Positions 25,786-36,306 of a stretch of DNA of 64,000 nucleotides are shown here, piece after piece. Positions within the stretch are counted from its first letter, which is position 1, and each line of letters opens with the position of its first letter. The stretch lies in the IMG/VR virus record IMGVR_UViG_3300045988_023748. One strand, given 5' to 3'. The position numbers were made by a program, and so were the translations under genes. The stretch comes from a virus. The notes under the pieces are model-generated. The model had not been told where the DNA came from. It was given only the letters and a program-made list of their open reading frames with translations, and searched no databases.

Positions 25786-26307
25786 ATGAAAGAGAGAGTA
25801 GAATATAGAATTGATTCCTTTACTGATTACGCAAACATTGAACGTAAATTCATTATGGCAGCAGTGTCACAAGAAGTAGACGCTGTTATTACTGATTATA
25901 GTGATTCTGATGCAGTTCATTGTGATGGTGTAAAGAAACTATCAATAGGAGTTGCAATATGTAACCCCGAAGATGAGTTTAACGAGGAAGTAGGTAAAAC
26001 AATTGCCTTAGGTAAAGCTCGCAAAGGAAACAAACATGCTTTCTACAGTACAGATTCAGGTTTAATCAATCGTGGTGTGGTAAATGCACTCTTAGATCAA
26101 GAAGTTGCATTCTTTAAACAATGCCCAGGGAAGTATATTGCTGGTTATAATACAGCAAAAGAGGTATATGAATTAGATTCCCGAATGGTAGAAGTTGAAC
26201 TTAATCTGAATGACAAGGAAAGAGAATGTTTAGACACATTGCTCACAGCCTCACCAGAGAAAGTGAATGATATTGTAGATTTGTATAATCATTACTATCT
26301 GCAATGA
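25786..26307 (+). CDS. hypothetical protein
   Basis: ORF track. Confidence 0.45.
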   Translation: MKERVEYRIDSFTDYANIERKFIMAAVSQEVDAVITDYSDSDAVHCDGVKKLSIGVAICNPEDEFNEEVGKTIALGKARKGNKHAFYSTDSGLINRGVVNALLDQEVAFFKQCPGKYIAGYNTAKEVYELDSRMVEVELNLNDKERECLDTLLTASPEKVNDIVDLYNHYYLQ

Positions 26308-26612
26308 GTAAACCATTTATAATAGGAGCTACTATAGCCATTATAATAGTTGTAGTTGGTTTATTACTAAAGGAAGATCCTGTAGTAATGCCAGATACCA
26401 ACAAATATGAAATGACTATTGATTCGCTTAATAAGGAAATAAGAGATTTAGCAAATACTAATGATAGTATTCTTAGTGTTATCGCTACTAGTAACGGTAA
26501 AATAGATACTATAAAGTATACATATGAGAAGGAGTTTATTAATATTACTAATCAGCCTATTGCCAACGATGTGGTGTTCTTCACAGAATATCTATCCGAA
26601 GTTGGTAAATGA
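26304..26612 (+). CDS. single-pass membrane protein
   Basis: N-terminal TM helix IIGATIAIIIVVVGLLL. Confidence 0.4.
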   Translation: MSKPFIIGATIAIIIVVVGLLLKEDPVVMPDTNKYEMTIDSLNKEIRDLANTNDSILSVIATSNGKIDTIKYTYEKEFINITNQPIANDVVFFTEYLSEVGK

Positions 26613-26937
26613 CTCATTAATAGTTATAACTCCTAAACAGCTAAAGTCGACTAATCTTATATTCCTGGAGCATAAGAAGTTAAAACTTGAGAAGGTAGAA
26701 CTTATAAAGCAAGTAGATTCTTATGCCTTACTAACTGCAAACTTGGCTAAAGCTGATAGTCTACGTAAACTTCAACTGGAAAGAGCTAACATGCACATTA
26801 AGTTGCAAGATACAGCTATTCAAACACAGCAAGAGCAGTTACGTAAAATAACTAAGAAGAATAAAAGATTAACCACTTTATCAACAAGTCTAGGAGTAGT
26901 TACTGTAGGAGTAATAATGGCCTTATTATTCAAGTAA
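26524..26937 (+). CDS. signal-peptide/coiled-coil/C-terminal-TM protein
   Basis: N-terminal hydrophobic signal, central coiled coil, C-terminal TM helix. Confidence 0.4.
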   Translation: MRRSLLILLISLLPTMWCSSQNIYPKLVNDSLIVITPKQLKSTNLIFLEHKKLKLEKVELIKQVDSYALLTANLAKADSLRKLQLERANMHIKLQDTAIQTQQEQLRKITKKNKRLTTLSTSLGVVTVGVIMALLFK

Positions 26938-27737
26938 TTTACTAAGACACAACTAACTCAGAGGCGCATGGCTAAGAAGCAATCCGAAGACTGTGACAAA
27001 GACAGAGATGGAGTTAAATACAAGTATCCTGAGCGCACCTGTAAAGAATGTGCTAAATATCCCTGTTTCAGAGGTATTGAGAAGAGTGTATGTGACTTCG
27101 CTAAATACGGTTGTGTAACTTATAAAGATGGTAAAATTAACACTAACGAATCAGAAGAATGACTGAGTACAACATTTATGCAGGGTTGAAGGGTAATATT
27201 ACCTATCAAGAAACAGAAGAATTCGAAACACAACAGGAAGCTCTAGATAGAGGTAGAGATATTGCCCACGCAGATGCAGAAGCATTTGGATGGAATCCAG
27301 ACGATCTAGAATGGAAAGCAGTTCCATTTGAAGAAGATAACATTCCTGAAGATATGCGTGTAGGCTCAAGATATCTATGATAATAGAGACCTTACGTGTG
27401 CGGCTTGTAGCTGCACAAGAGAACGTAGGTGGCTATATTCAATATGTGTTTGAAGACTTAAAAACTGGTGCATATAAAGCGTGTACGCGATGTCCCAATT
27501 GGGATAGTCCATTCCTAGTAGTTGGGGACATCGGATTCTTAAAATATAGGGAAGTAGTAGCTGGTAAGGATACTTGGTACGATTCTGAGAATAATATTCA
27601 AGTTCCTTATAAGAATACTGACTTTTATTTTGAGACTTTTATTTACGAGAAGCCACCAGAAGGTGAGATTATACTGTAAAAGATTATCTAAATTAAAGAG
27701 ATTAGACCATTACATCAAATTAATATGATATATCTGT

Positions 27738-28565
27738 ATGTTTAAAGAGAAATTGGCAGCTGCTATGAATAATATTAACTCCTTCGTATGGAAGGGTCGT
27801 AAACAAGAAGTTAATGGAGAATTAGTACAAGAGGAGAAGCGTTTGGTTGATTGTACTGAGGAAGAACTTCGTAGTTTCTACGCCCATTGTGAATCTATGC
27901 TTCACAATACTAGCAAGGAGTATCCTGGTCGTTATGTTTTATTGGACATTATTAATGACCAGAAGCAGCGTTGTAATGCTGAGCTATTCTTAAGATGGCT
28001 AGAGCAAGAGCAACATCTGCCTAGATTTAAATTCTTAGAGGCCCTAGTATCTTTCCTAGACATTAATAAGGATGCTATAGACCCTAAGGATTATCCGATT
28101 GACGGAACCATGAATAATTGTCCGGAGGAATTCAAAGATATTCCTACTGAACTTGTTCGTGAAGGTTGTTTGGACAGACTGGGAAAGTTCAACAAGCAAC
28201 ATATTACACTCACATTCATTCTCAAGCAAGGTCTCTGGTTTACTGCTCAAGAGAGCAAGGACTTGGTAGAGAAAGACTCTGATGGTCAGCTGAGAGACAA
28301 GCTTGTAGTGGCTAGAGAGAGATTAGGTCTTAAACCTACCGCTCCCATCTATATTACTCCCAAAGGATTGAATTATACTCAATTAAGAGCTATGGTTAAT
28401 CTGAAGAGTAAGAAATATACAGAGTTAACTACAGACCAACTTAAGGTTCTCAGAAATAGAATACTCTATTCTTTGGCTGAAGAAGTTAAGTTCCACATCT
28501 CTCAATGGGAAACTCGTAAGGAACAAATTAAAATGGTATGTGATGCTAAAGGATTTACTCTGTAA
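27738..28565 (+). CDS. hypothetical protein (275 aa)
   Basis: ORF track. Confidence 0.5.
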   Translation: MFKEKLAAAMNNINSFVWKGRKQEVNGELVQEEKRLVDCTEEELRSFYAHCESMLHNTSKEYPGRYVLLDIINDQKQRCNAELFLRWLEQEQHLPRFKFLEALVSFLDINKDAIDPKDYPIDGTMNNCPEEFKDIPTELVREGCLDRLGKFNKQHITLTFILKQGLWFTAQESKDLVEKDSDGQLRDKLVVARERLGLKPTAPIYITPKGLNYTQLRAMVNLKSKKYTELTTDQLKVLRNRILYSLAEEVKFHISQWETRKEQIKMVCDAKGFTL

Positions 28566-28716
28566 ATTATATCTGAATTGTAATTGGTTGACAGTTATTA
28601 ATCCAGATTATTATGTAATAGCTATGCATTACTTAATTTAATTTCATTATAGTCATATCACAAGACTTAAGGGATAGATGATTTAATTTAAGGTGTAATA
28701 GCTCTTTACATAACAA

Positions 28717-29030
28717 ATGGCAGACTTATTTGGAAATATTACCAGAAGTGAACGTCAAGCTTTAGGTGTTCAACGATGGGTTAATAACAGATTATGTGGA
28801 AGTCTAGTCTATTGTACCGGTTTCGGTAAGACTAGAACTGCCATTATGTGTATGAAGAGATTCTTGGCTAAGAATCCTGGAAAGAGTGTTATAATAGTAG
28901 TACCTACAGATGCTTTGCAAAGACAATGGTTAGCAGATTTAGCTGAGCAAAAAGTACCTAAAGTTTATCAGGTGCTTATCATTAATACTGTAGTAAGAAA
29001 GGAATGGAATTGTGATCTATTAATACTGGA
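28717..29030 (+). CDS. SF2 DExH helicase, exon 1 (Walker A to the aspartate of motif II)
   Basis: GFGKTRTA P-loop. The ORF ends ...LLILD then intron-encoded R-stop. It joins exon 2 to make LLILD-ECH, the DECH box. Confidence 0.7.
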
Positions 29031-29303
29031 TAGGTGACATTTGTCCAGTATAAACTCCTCTAATTGCCGGAAGTCCCTTAGAGCTTTAAGTACTGTAATC
29101 TAGTGGTAACATTAGAGGTCACTCAAGTTAACGCTTGAGGTGTAGTAATAATCTTAAAGATTGGGTAATCACATTAAAAGGCAGCCAAGCATCCTACTTT
29201 AGGATGAAGGTTCATCGACTATCTCGAAAGAGAGTACAGACGTATTACATATTTATGACTGTAATAAATAAGCAATATGTTTGGAAACGGGGAGAGCTTG
29301 TAG

Positions 29304-29311
29304 TATCTTTG
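29304..29311 (+). promoter_or_regulatory. Bacteroidetes-type -7 box TATCTTTG upstream of intron GIY-YIG gene
   Basis: TAnnTTTG 24 nt before ATG 29335. The same box precedes other endonuclease genes at 1291, 45586 and 62831, with variants at 41677 and 47237. Confidence 0.5.
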
Positions 29312-29334
29312 CATAGAAACTAATAAAGTATTAC

Positions 29335-30084
29335 ATGAGTAAAACTTATCAATTCTATGCGTTATTTAATGAGGAATTTCCTCAAGAATGGAGATACATT
29401 GGAGTAACTAGTAAACAGATCAATGAAAGATTCTCTCATCATAAATATTGTGCGACTCATGATTCCCATAGAGCCTTACCAGTGCATAAATGGATGTATT
29501 CCGTTTACAGCAAAGGAGGTAAGATAGGGTGGGTGAAGATTCATGAATGTAGTGAATCTGAATGGGAGTATGAAGAACAAAGGCTAATCTCTGAAAATTC
29601 TAAAGTACATGAACTTCTTAATTTAGACAAAGGTGGTAAAGGAGTTATTACTAAAGATAAGAGAGATAGGTCTGGTATCGAGAGAAGTGTAGAAGCTCAT
29701 AAGAAGAGTATAATACAATTAGACAAGAACGGGAATTTTGTTCAGGAGTTTGATGCAGTAACATCTGCATCAGAATTAACAGGAATTTCTAGAACTAGTA
29801 TAGGTAATTGTCTAAGGGAGAGGTCTAAAACAGCAGGTGGATATGTATGGGTATATAAGGAACATTATTCTAAAGCAGAAGTTGCTGATATTCCTCCTAG
29901 TAAAGGAAGGAACATTAGAGTATTTAAATATTCACCTGATATGGAACTTATATGTGAATACAATTCTATATCTAAAGCTGTTAGTGGTGTGTGTAAATCT
30001 GGACATACATTAACAAGACATCTGGATACTAATGAGTTATACAAAGGATTTTACTGGTTTACGTCCAAGCAAGTTAAGATATAG
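29335..30084 (+). CDS. GIY-YIG homing endonuclease
   Basis: YQFYALFNEE...WRYIGVTSKQINERFSHH GIY-YIG motifs, with C-terminal DNA-binding repeats. Confidence 0.7.
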   Translation: MSKTYQFYALFNEEFPQEWRYIGVTSKQINERFSHHKYCATHDSHRALPVHKWMYSVYSKGGKIGWVKIHECSESEWEYEEQRLISENSKVHELLNLDKGGKGVITKDKRDRSGIERSVEAHKKSIIQLDKNGNFVQEFDAVTSASELTGISRTSIGNCLRERSKTAGGYVWVYKEHYSKAEVADIPPSKGRNIRVFKYSPDMELICEYNSISKAVSGVCKSGHTLTRHLDTNELYKGFYWFTSKQVKI

Positions 30085-30115
30085 TCAGGCTGTTAGGGAA
30101 ACCTAATAGGTTTTG

Positions 30116-31075
30116 GAGTGTCATAAATATGCCTCCGATTTATTTGGAAAGGTGTTCGAAGTAGTTAAGTATAAAATAATTCTAGGCTTAACAGCAACTA
30201 TGGAAAGGCTTGATGGTAAAGACAGTTACATCAAGAAGTATTGTCCTGTAGTTGATAGAGTAGATGTTAGTGAAGCTACTGCCAGAGGCTGGTTGTCTCC
30301 TTATAGGGAGTACAAAGTCTTAATAGAAGTAGATGATCTAAGCAAGTATCTAGAATTAAATAGAGAGTTTTACGATCATTTCTCTTTCTTTAACCATGAT
30401 TTTACCTTAGCTATGGCATGTGCTTCTAAATGGCAGAAACGCATTGAATTAGCTAAGAGAATGTGTCCTGATTATGCTAATAAGCCTGACGAATTTAAGG
30501 CTATTAATAAACAGATTCTAATACATGCAATGGGGTTTAACAGAGCCCTGCAAGGAAGGAAGCAGTTTATATATAACCATCCTAAGAAGATAGAACTTAC
30601 TGATTTAATATTGAAGCACCGTCAAGACAAGAAATGTATTACGTTTAGTAAGACAATTAAGGTCGCGGAGAAGATTGGATATGGTAAAGTGTTATCTAGT
30701 AAGGAAACTAAGAAGAAAGGGCGTATGACCTTGGAGGAATTCAAGGAAGCTAAAGTGGGAGTACTTAATACCTCTAAAATGTTGGACGAAGGTGCTGACA
30801 TTCCGGGATTGTCTGTAGCTGTTATTCTTGGATTTGATTCTAGTCCTACTACTAAGACACAAAGAATTGGCAGAGTTATTAGGAAGGCGGAGAACAAAGT
30901 GGCAGAAGTATTTACCTTTGTAATTAAAGGAACTGTTGAAGAAGAATGGTTTCGTAAAAGTACTAGTGGTAAAGATTTCATAACCATAGACAGCTCTAAT
31001 CTGCTAGATGTCTTAGAAGGAAGAGAATTTACTCCTAAGAAGAACAAAGAAACTAAAATGATATTTAGATTCTGA
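30116..31075 (+). CDS. SF2 DExH helicase, exon 2
   Basis: Begins ECHKYAS (rest of DECH). TAT motif LGLTATM, motif VI QRIGRVIR. The track start at 30113 is a TTG, so there is no independent ATG. Confidence 0.7.
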   Translation, partial: ECHKYASDLFGKVFEVVKYKIILGLTATMERLDGKDSYIKKYCPVVDRVDVSEATARGWLSPYREYKVLIEVDDLSKYLELNREFYDHFSFFNHDFTLAMACASKWQKRIELAKRMCPDYANKPDEFKAINKQILIHAMGFNRALQGRKQFIYNHPKKIELTDLILKHRQDKKCITFSKTIKVAEKIGYGKVLSSKETKKKGRMTLEEFKEAKVGVLNTSKMLDEGADIPGLSVAVILGFDSSPTTKTQRIGRVIRKAENKVAEVFTFVIKGTVEEEWFRKSTSGKDFITIDSSNLLDVLEGREFTPKKNKETKMIFRF

Positions 31076-31304
31076 TGTATACCGTGAACTATTATGACGT
31101 AATAGACCAAGAAGTTGTGTTACCTTTGCCAGATACTACTGCGAATGTAGACATATTTGGTCTGTTACACCTATTAGAAAGACATTCTAAGGCTAGCATT
31201 TGCATTGTCTCTGCTTCTATAGGGAATAAGATGTTAGATGTACCAAGCCTTATGAGAAGCCTCAAATTTAGGTAGATTCAGTTGGTAGTATAAATAGATT
31301 TGAT

Positions 31305-31312
31305 TATCTTTG
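31305..31312 (+). promoter_or_regulatory. TATCTTTG -7 box upstream of 31335 gene
   Basis: Same motif as the endonuclease-gene promoters. Confidence 0.4.
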
Positions 31313-31334
31313 TAACTCATATCGAGAATTTGAA

Positions 31335-31556
31335 ATGACAGTTGAACGTATAGTTGAACTATTTACTCTTACTTCCGTATTTGATGCTGTTGTTACTAAT
31401 GGCATAAATGGGAAGGGAGAATTTACCTTTAATGGTAAAGTATATGATTCTAAGGCTATGGCTAAAAGACAGGAAGAACTCATTGAGGATTTCTTATCTC
31501 CATTTGAAGTAGCTGAGGATGCTTATGTAATTGAGGACACTGAGAAATCAGAATAA
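31335..31556 (+). CDS. hypothetical protein (73 aa)
   Basis: ORF track. Confidence 0.4.
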   Translation: MTVERIVELFTLTSVFDAVVTNGINGKGEFTFNGKVYDSKAMAKRQEELIEDFLSPFEVAEDAYVIEDTEKSE

Positions 31557-31607
31557 CACTATTGCAGCATAATAGATTGGTAAGTTACTAACTTATTAAT
31601 CATTAGC

Positions 31608-32231
31608 TTGGATAAATTAAAGACGTCTTTGGACAATCAATTGTTAATGATGGAGCAGTATAGACTTACTGCTGAGGAGTTGTTAATGATTGAGTTATTA
31701 TTTATAGCGCAACCAGAAGAAGGTCATGGAGAATTCCTTACTAAATATCTTGGATTGCCTATTACTAAAACTGGATTGAGGACTATCTTACTGAGTCTTC
31801 AAACTAAGGGAATTATTACTAAGAAGTATAAAGTCCCTGAAGCGGGTCAGAAGTTTGACCCCGAAACTGTAATCTTTAATGAGAATTTCATGAGAAATTA
31901 CAGAAAGTACTCAGGAGAACTGGGTCAAGAATTATGGGATGCTTATCCTCCAATAGGTATTATTAACGGTAAAGAATATGATATGCGGAATTTCGCCAAA
32001 CGATTCTTTACTGAAGATGAAATGTTCTTCCGATATGGTAAGAATATCGGATGGAGTAAAGATAAGCATAAAGAAGTACTAGAGTTAATCGACTGGGCTA
32101 AGAAGAATAAATGTAATCTGCTTAATAAGAATATAGCTGATTTCATTATATCCAAATCTTGGGAATCCATTAAAGCATTTAAGGAAGGTCACTTTGATGA
32201 AATGGTATTTGATACTATAACAGAATTATGA
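31608..32231 (+). CDS. hypothetical protein, possible helicase-loader/replication accessory
   Basis: Position immediately upstream of the DnaB-like gene. No motif. Confidence 0.4.
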   Translation: MDKLKTSLDNQLLMMEQYRLTAEELLMIELLFIAQPEEGHGEFLTKYLGLPITKTGLRTILLSLQTKGIITKKYKVPEAGQKFDPETVIFNENFMRNYRKYSGELGQELWDAYPPIGIINGKEYDMRNFAKRFFTEDEMFFRYGKNIGWSKDKHKEVLELIDWAKKNKCNLLNKNIADFIISKSWESIKAFKEGHFDEMVFDTITEL

Positions 32232-33310
32232 CACATACTAGTAGCTTGTTAAATCTAATCGAAAGAGGTAGAAGAGGTGACAATCAAGGATTATCACTAG
32301 GTCTGCCCAAATTAGAACAGATTATTGATGGATTAACTCAAGAAACATATTACTTAGTAGCAGCAGGAACTGGTAATGGTAAAACCAGTTTAGTACTTCA
32401 CTCTTTTATTTATAAAGCACTTCTTGATACAAGTCAAGATAGAGATTTACAGTTTATTATATTCTCATTAGAAATGAGTGCAGAGCAATTATTAGCTAAA
32501 CTGCTTTCTATTCACATTTATGAGACTTATGGTAAACAGATATCTTTTAAAGAATTGCTTTCTAGAGGTAAGGGGGTGACATTATCTGATGAGGATTATG
32601 ATTTAGTTCAGGAATGTATTCCATGGCTGGAATCAATAGAAGACAGACTTATAATACATGATGGAACTTTAAATTCAGAGAAGTATAAAGAAATGGTTAT
32701 AGCAGACTTGAAGAAGTTTGGAACCTTTGTTGATGAAGACACTTATGTACTTAATAATCCTAATCAGATCATAGCTATAATTACTGACCATTTGGGCTTA
32801 GTAAGACCGTTGCCAGGTCGTAGTAAGAAAGAAGAGATTGATACTATTTCTGCATATGGGGTATCATTTAGAAATAAATGTAAAGTATCTCCAATTAATA
32901 TTATGCAGTTTAATAGAAATTCTAATAATTCTGAAAGACTAAAGCAAGGGTTACAGGAGCCAGATTTGTCCGATTTGAAGGAAAGTGGTTCTCCTAGCGA
33001 GGATGCTAATGTTGTATTAGTATTGTATAATCCATTTAGGAACAAATTGTCTTCTTATAGAGGATATGACATAAAGGAACTAAAGGATGGATTCAGGTCA
33101 TTACTGGTTCTTAAGAATAGATTTGGTTCGTCTGACATAGCTATTGGTACAGGATTTTATGGTAGATGTGGTATCTTTAAAGAATTACCTATTCCATCTG
33201 AAATCAATGACTATGAGAGGTATAAACATCCAGATTGGACTATCATCGACTTTCCAGAAGATGAAGCTAAAGCTAAACGAGATGATTTACGCGTAACCAT
33301 AACATTATAA
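32228..33310 (+). CDS. DnaB-like/RecA-fold replicative helicase
   Basis: Walker A AAGTGNGKTS, Walker B-like IIAIITDHLGL, arginine-rich C-terminus. Confidence 0.5.
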   Translation: MTHTSSLLNLIERGRRGDNQGLSLGLPKLEQIIDGLTQETYYLVAAGTGNGKTSLVLHSFIYKALLDTSQDRDLQFIIFSLEMSAEQLLAKLLSIHIYETYGKQISFKELLSRGKGVTLSDEDYDLVQECIPWLESIEDRLIIHDGTLNSEKYKEMVIADLKKFGTFVDEDTYVLNNPNQIIAIITDHLGLVRPLPGRSKKEEIDTISAYGVSFRNKCKVSPINIMQFNRNSNNSERLKQGLQEPDLSDLKESGSPSEDANVVLVLYNPFRNKLSSYRGYDIKELKDGFRSLLVLKNRFGSSDIAIGTGFYGRCGIFKELPIPSEINDYERYKHPDWTIIDFPEDEAKAKRDDLRVTITL

Positions 33311-33314
33311 CTTA

Positions 33315-34007
33315 ATGAGCCAAATTATAGGACTTGGAGGATTTTCAGGTAGTGGTAAGTCTAGTTCGCTGCAATATCTGAATCCTAAAGAAACGTTTAT
33401 TATTAGTTGTACTCCAAAACAATTATCTATTCCAGGATTTAGAAAGAATTATAAGAAGTTAACTCAGGATAAGGACAAGAATTACGTTGGTAACTGGTAT
33501 TTTAGTAATGAATTTGCTAAGGTAATGAATATCATGAACGTAGTTAATGTTAAACTGCCGGAGATTAAAGTCTTAGCTATTGATGATAGTAATTATCTTC
33601 TCTCTCAAGAAGTAATGTCTAGAAGTGCCGAGAAAGGATATGATAAGCATATTGACTTTGCAAAGCATTATTATGACTTAATTCTTAAGGCAATGACTCT
33701 TCGAGACGATTTAATCGTAATCTTCATATCACATATTGTGAATGATGGTAACGATTATGATCCTAAATATAAACTCTTCACCACCGGTAAGATGTTGGAC
33801 AGAAGTGTTAATATTGATGGACTGTTTAATTATTTGCTCTATGCGGAGAAGATAGTTAATGATGAGGAAGTTACGTATAAATTCAGAACTAAATCCTTAG
33901 GTCCTGATACTTGTAGAAGTACTGCTGGATGTTTCTCTGACTTATATATCGAACCTAATATGAAGATGGTTATTGATACAATTAATAAGTTTGAATTAGG
34001 AGAATGA
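33315..34007 (+). CDS. P-loop ATPase (Sak4/helicase-loader-like)
   Basis: GLGGFSGSGKSSS Walker A and hhhhDD Walker B. Confidence 0.45.
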   Translation: MSQIIGLGGFSGSGKSSSLQYLNPKETFIISCTPKQLSIPGFRKNYKKLTQDKDKNYVGNWYFSNEFAKVMNIMNVVNVKLPEIKVLAIDDSNYLLSQEVMSRSAEKGYDKHIDFAKHYYDLILKAMTLRDDLIVIFISHIVNDGNDYDPKYKLFTTGKMLDRSVNIDGLFNYLLYAEKIVNDEEVTYKFRTKSLGPDTCRSTAGCFSDLYIEPNMKMVIDTINKFELGE

Positions 34008-34558
34008 TAGTTAAAATGCTATTAACCCTAGACTTTGATCCTGCTACTGGAGAATATAAATCTCTGAAGCAGGAGATAGTCAAGGAGGAACCTACCAAGA
34101 AGGTTACGGTAGAGGTTGAAGATACAGCGGAACCTCAAGTAACATTAGATTCCAATAAGTATATACTTAATAAGGCAGCTGCTGCTATGATAGGTGCTGC
34201 CTGGGGAGATAGAATTAGTATTAATTACCAGAAGATTGAAGGAGTAACATTCCCAATTATTGGTACTGATGAAGCTTTTGGTACCAAAGGTGGTAATAAG
34301 CTTACTAAAGGTCTATCTGTAAGCTGTAGAGGTAAATCCAATGAGTTATTAAGACAGTATGGAGATACATTTACAGTAACTAAAATGAAGGGCTATGATG
34401 ATTTGTTTGTATTAGTTGGTAATGCTGACAGACCTATAGAACCTGAAGTAGATAACATAGAAGTTAAGGAAGATTTTGACAATGTAGATTTGCCACTAGA
34501 CACAGAGATTGAAGATGAGTCAGCTAAAGAGATTGACCCATTAACTTTCGAACTTTAA
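34004..34558 (+). CDS. acidic hypothetical protein
   Basis: ORF track. Confidence 0.4.
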   Translation: MIVKMLLTLDFDPATGEYKSLKQEIVKEEPTKKVTVEVEDTAEPQVTLDSNKYILNKAAAAMIGAAWGDRISINYQKIEGVTFPIIGTDEAFGTKGGNKLTKGLSVSCRGKSNELLRQYGDTFTVTKMKGYDDLFVLVGNADRPIEPEVDNIEVKEDFDNVDLPLDTEIEDESAKEIDPLTFEL

Positions 34559-34573
34559 TATTCTATTAGAACT

Positions 34574-35257
34574 ATGTCAATGAATTTCAACTTATCCAAC
34601 ACTAACGGTACATCATCAATTAAACCTAGACTGAAACCTTGGGAAATCCATACTGTACTCTTTAAGGGTGTAACTTATAGCGAATTCGCTGGTAAGAAAG
34701 ACCCAAGTACTACTTGGAAGACCATGAAGATTTCGTTTGAGAATGAGAATGGAGTATATGAAGAAACTATATTCTGTCCTAAAGAAGGTGATGATGTGAG
34801 ACCAGTAACCTCTAATGGTGGGGTAGAACGTGAGAATCCGTCTAATTTGGAGAAGTTTAAGTTTATGTTAGCTCATGTTGGAGAACAACTATCTCCTAAG
34901 AAATATGAGAAGTTTAAATCTATGACCTTTGCGCTTCCCGATGAATTTGAGAAGCTAGCTAAGACTTTTATTGAGATTACCAAGGACGCTGTTAATAAGC
35001 AGACTAAACTGAAACTGATTGCTAATAAGAAGGGTGAACCTTGTTTGCCATACTTCGTTAATATTAGTAAAGCAGGTGATGCTTATATCTCTAATAACTG
35101 GTTGGGTGATAAGGTCTTCTTCTCTGATTACGAAACTAATCAGATGAATAAACAGAAGAGTAACGGTCCTACAGATATGCCGGGAACAAGTTCTGATGAT
35201 TTTGGGGTAGCAGGAGACGCTGCATCAGCTAATTCAGACCTTGACTTTGATGTATAA
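34574..35257 (+). CDS. hypothetical protein (possible ssDNA-binding/annealing)
   Basis: Located in the replication module. Acidic C-terminal tail DLDFDV. Confidence 0.4.
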   Translation: MSMNFNLSNTNGTSSIKPRLKPWEIHTVLFKGVTYSEFAGKKDPSTTWKTMKISFENENGVYEETIFCPKEGDDVRPVTSNGGVERENPSNLEKFKFMLAHVGEQLSPKKYEKFKSMTFALPDEFEKLAKTFIEITKDAVNKQTKLKLIANKKGEPCLPYFVNISKAGDAYISNNWLGDKVFFSDYETNQMNKQKSNGPTDMPGTSSDDFGVAGDAASANSDLDFDV

Positions 35258-35304
35258 GAAATAATTAGTAACTTTAAGGTTCTAACATTAAGTATCGAAT
35301 CAAT

Positions 35305-36306
35305 ATGGTATTAGAGTATGAACCTAAAATTACTAAGAAGTATTTACTTGAAAGGCAATCTCAGGAGACATATCTTGAGTATTATCTTGGTATCCCAGTA
35401 AAGAAGGGACTGTTTAAATCTCCGTTGAGAAATGATAACTCTCCTACGTGTTCCTTTTATAGGAATGCGTCTGGGGATATCATCTTCAATGATTTCAGTG
35501 GACAATTTTATGGCAATTTTATCAGTGTAGTAATGTATAAGTATAGCTGCTCTTATTATAAGGCTTTACAAATCGTTGCTAATGATTTTGGTTATATCAA
35601 ACACAAGACGTTGCCTAAAGGTAGTAAGCCAGTAATTAGTAGTACTGAGTTTAAAGACAAGGGACCTGCTGTTATACGGGCTGAAATACAGGAATTCACT
35701 GATAAAGAGCTGGAATGGTGGCATAGATATGGAATTACTAAGGATATTCTAAAGAAATTTAGAGTGTACTCATGTAAAACTGTATTCCTGAATGGGAATT
35801 ATTATGCTACTACTGGTTCTCAGAACCCCATATTCGGCTATTATCGAGGTAAAAACGACAAAGGCATTGAGTTATGGCGTATATACTTTCCATTTAGGGA
35901 CAAAGGAACTACAAGATTCCTTTCTAATTGGAAGGCTATCATGTTGCAAGGAGCTCATCAACTCCCAGCAGAAGGTAATCTGTTAGTAATTACTAAAAGT
36001 ATGAAGGATGTAATGTGCTTATATTCTTTAGGGATTACTGCAATAGCTCCTAATTCTGAGAATCTATTCATAACTGAATCTCAGTTTGAGAAACTCAGCA
36101 AGAGATTTAAGAAGATAGTAGTGTTCTATGACAATGACTTAGCTGGAATTCATAATATGAATCGGATAAGGAAGCAATTTGGAGTAGAATGCCTATGGAT
36201 TCCTAGATCCTATGGAGCTAAGGATATATCCGACTTTCATGCTAAATATGGTAGAGATGCAACACTTAACTTAATTAACGAAGCATGGAAGGTACTGAAG
36301 AAGTAA
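35305..36306 (+). CDS. DnaG-like primase (TOPRIM)
   Basis: N-terminal RNDNSPTCSF resembles a degenerate primase zinc-binding motif. TOPRIM VVFYDNDLAG. Confidence 0.55.
   Translation: MVLEYEPKITKKYLLERQSQETYLEYYLGIPVKKGLFKSPLRNDNSPTCSFYRNASGDIIFNDFSGQFYGNFISVVMYKYSCSYYKALQIVANDFGYIKHKTLPKGSKPVISSTEFKDKGPAVIRAEIQEFTDKELEWWHRYGITKDILKKFRVYSCKTVFLNGNYYATTGSQNPIFGYYRGKNDKGIELWRIYFPFRDKGTTRFLSNWKAIMLQGAHQLPAEGNLLVITKSMKDVMCLYSLGITAIAPNSENLFITESQFEKLSKRFKKIVVFYDNDLAGIHNMNRIRKQFGVECLWIPRSYGAKDISDFHAKYGRDATLNLINEAWKVLKK

Larger units (their letters stand above)
29031..30115 (+). mobile_element. group I intron in helicase gene carrying a GIY-YIG homing endonuclease
   Basis: The exon ends in U (ctggaT) and GTCCAG 11 nt downstream can form P1. 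AAGATATAGTC P7-like motif at 30078-30088. The intron ends in G before gagtgtcat. Core blocks are shared with the nrdD intron. Confidence 0.65.

Noticed and set aside
32764-33045. Other minus-strand track ORFs (for example 32764..33045, 30622..31110, 19216..19725)
   Set aside because: All lie antisense within long, well-supported + strand genes and show no motifs.
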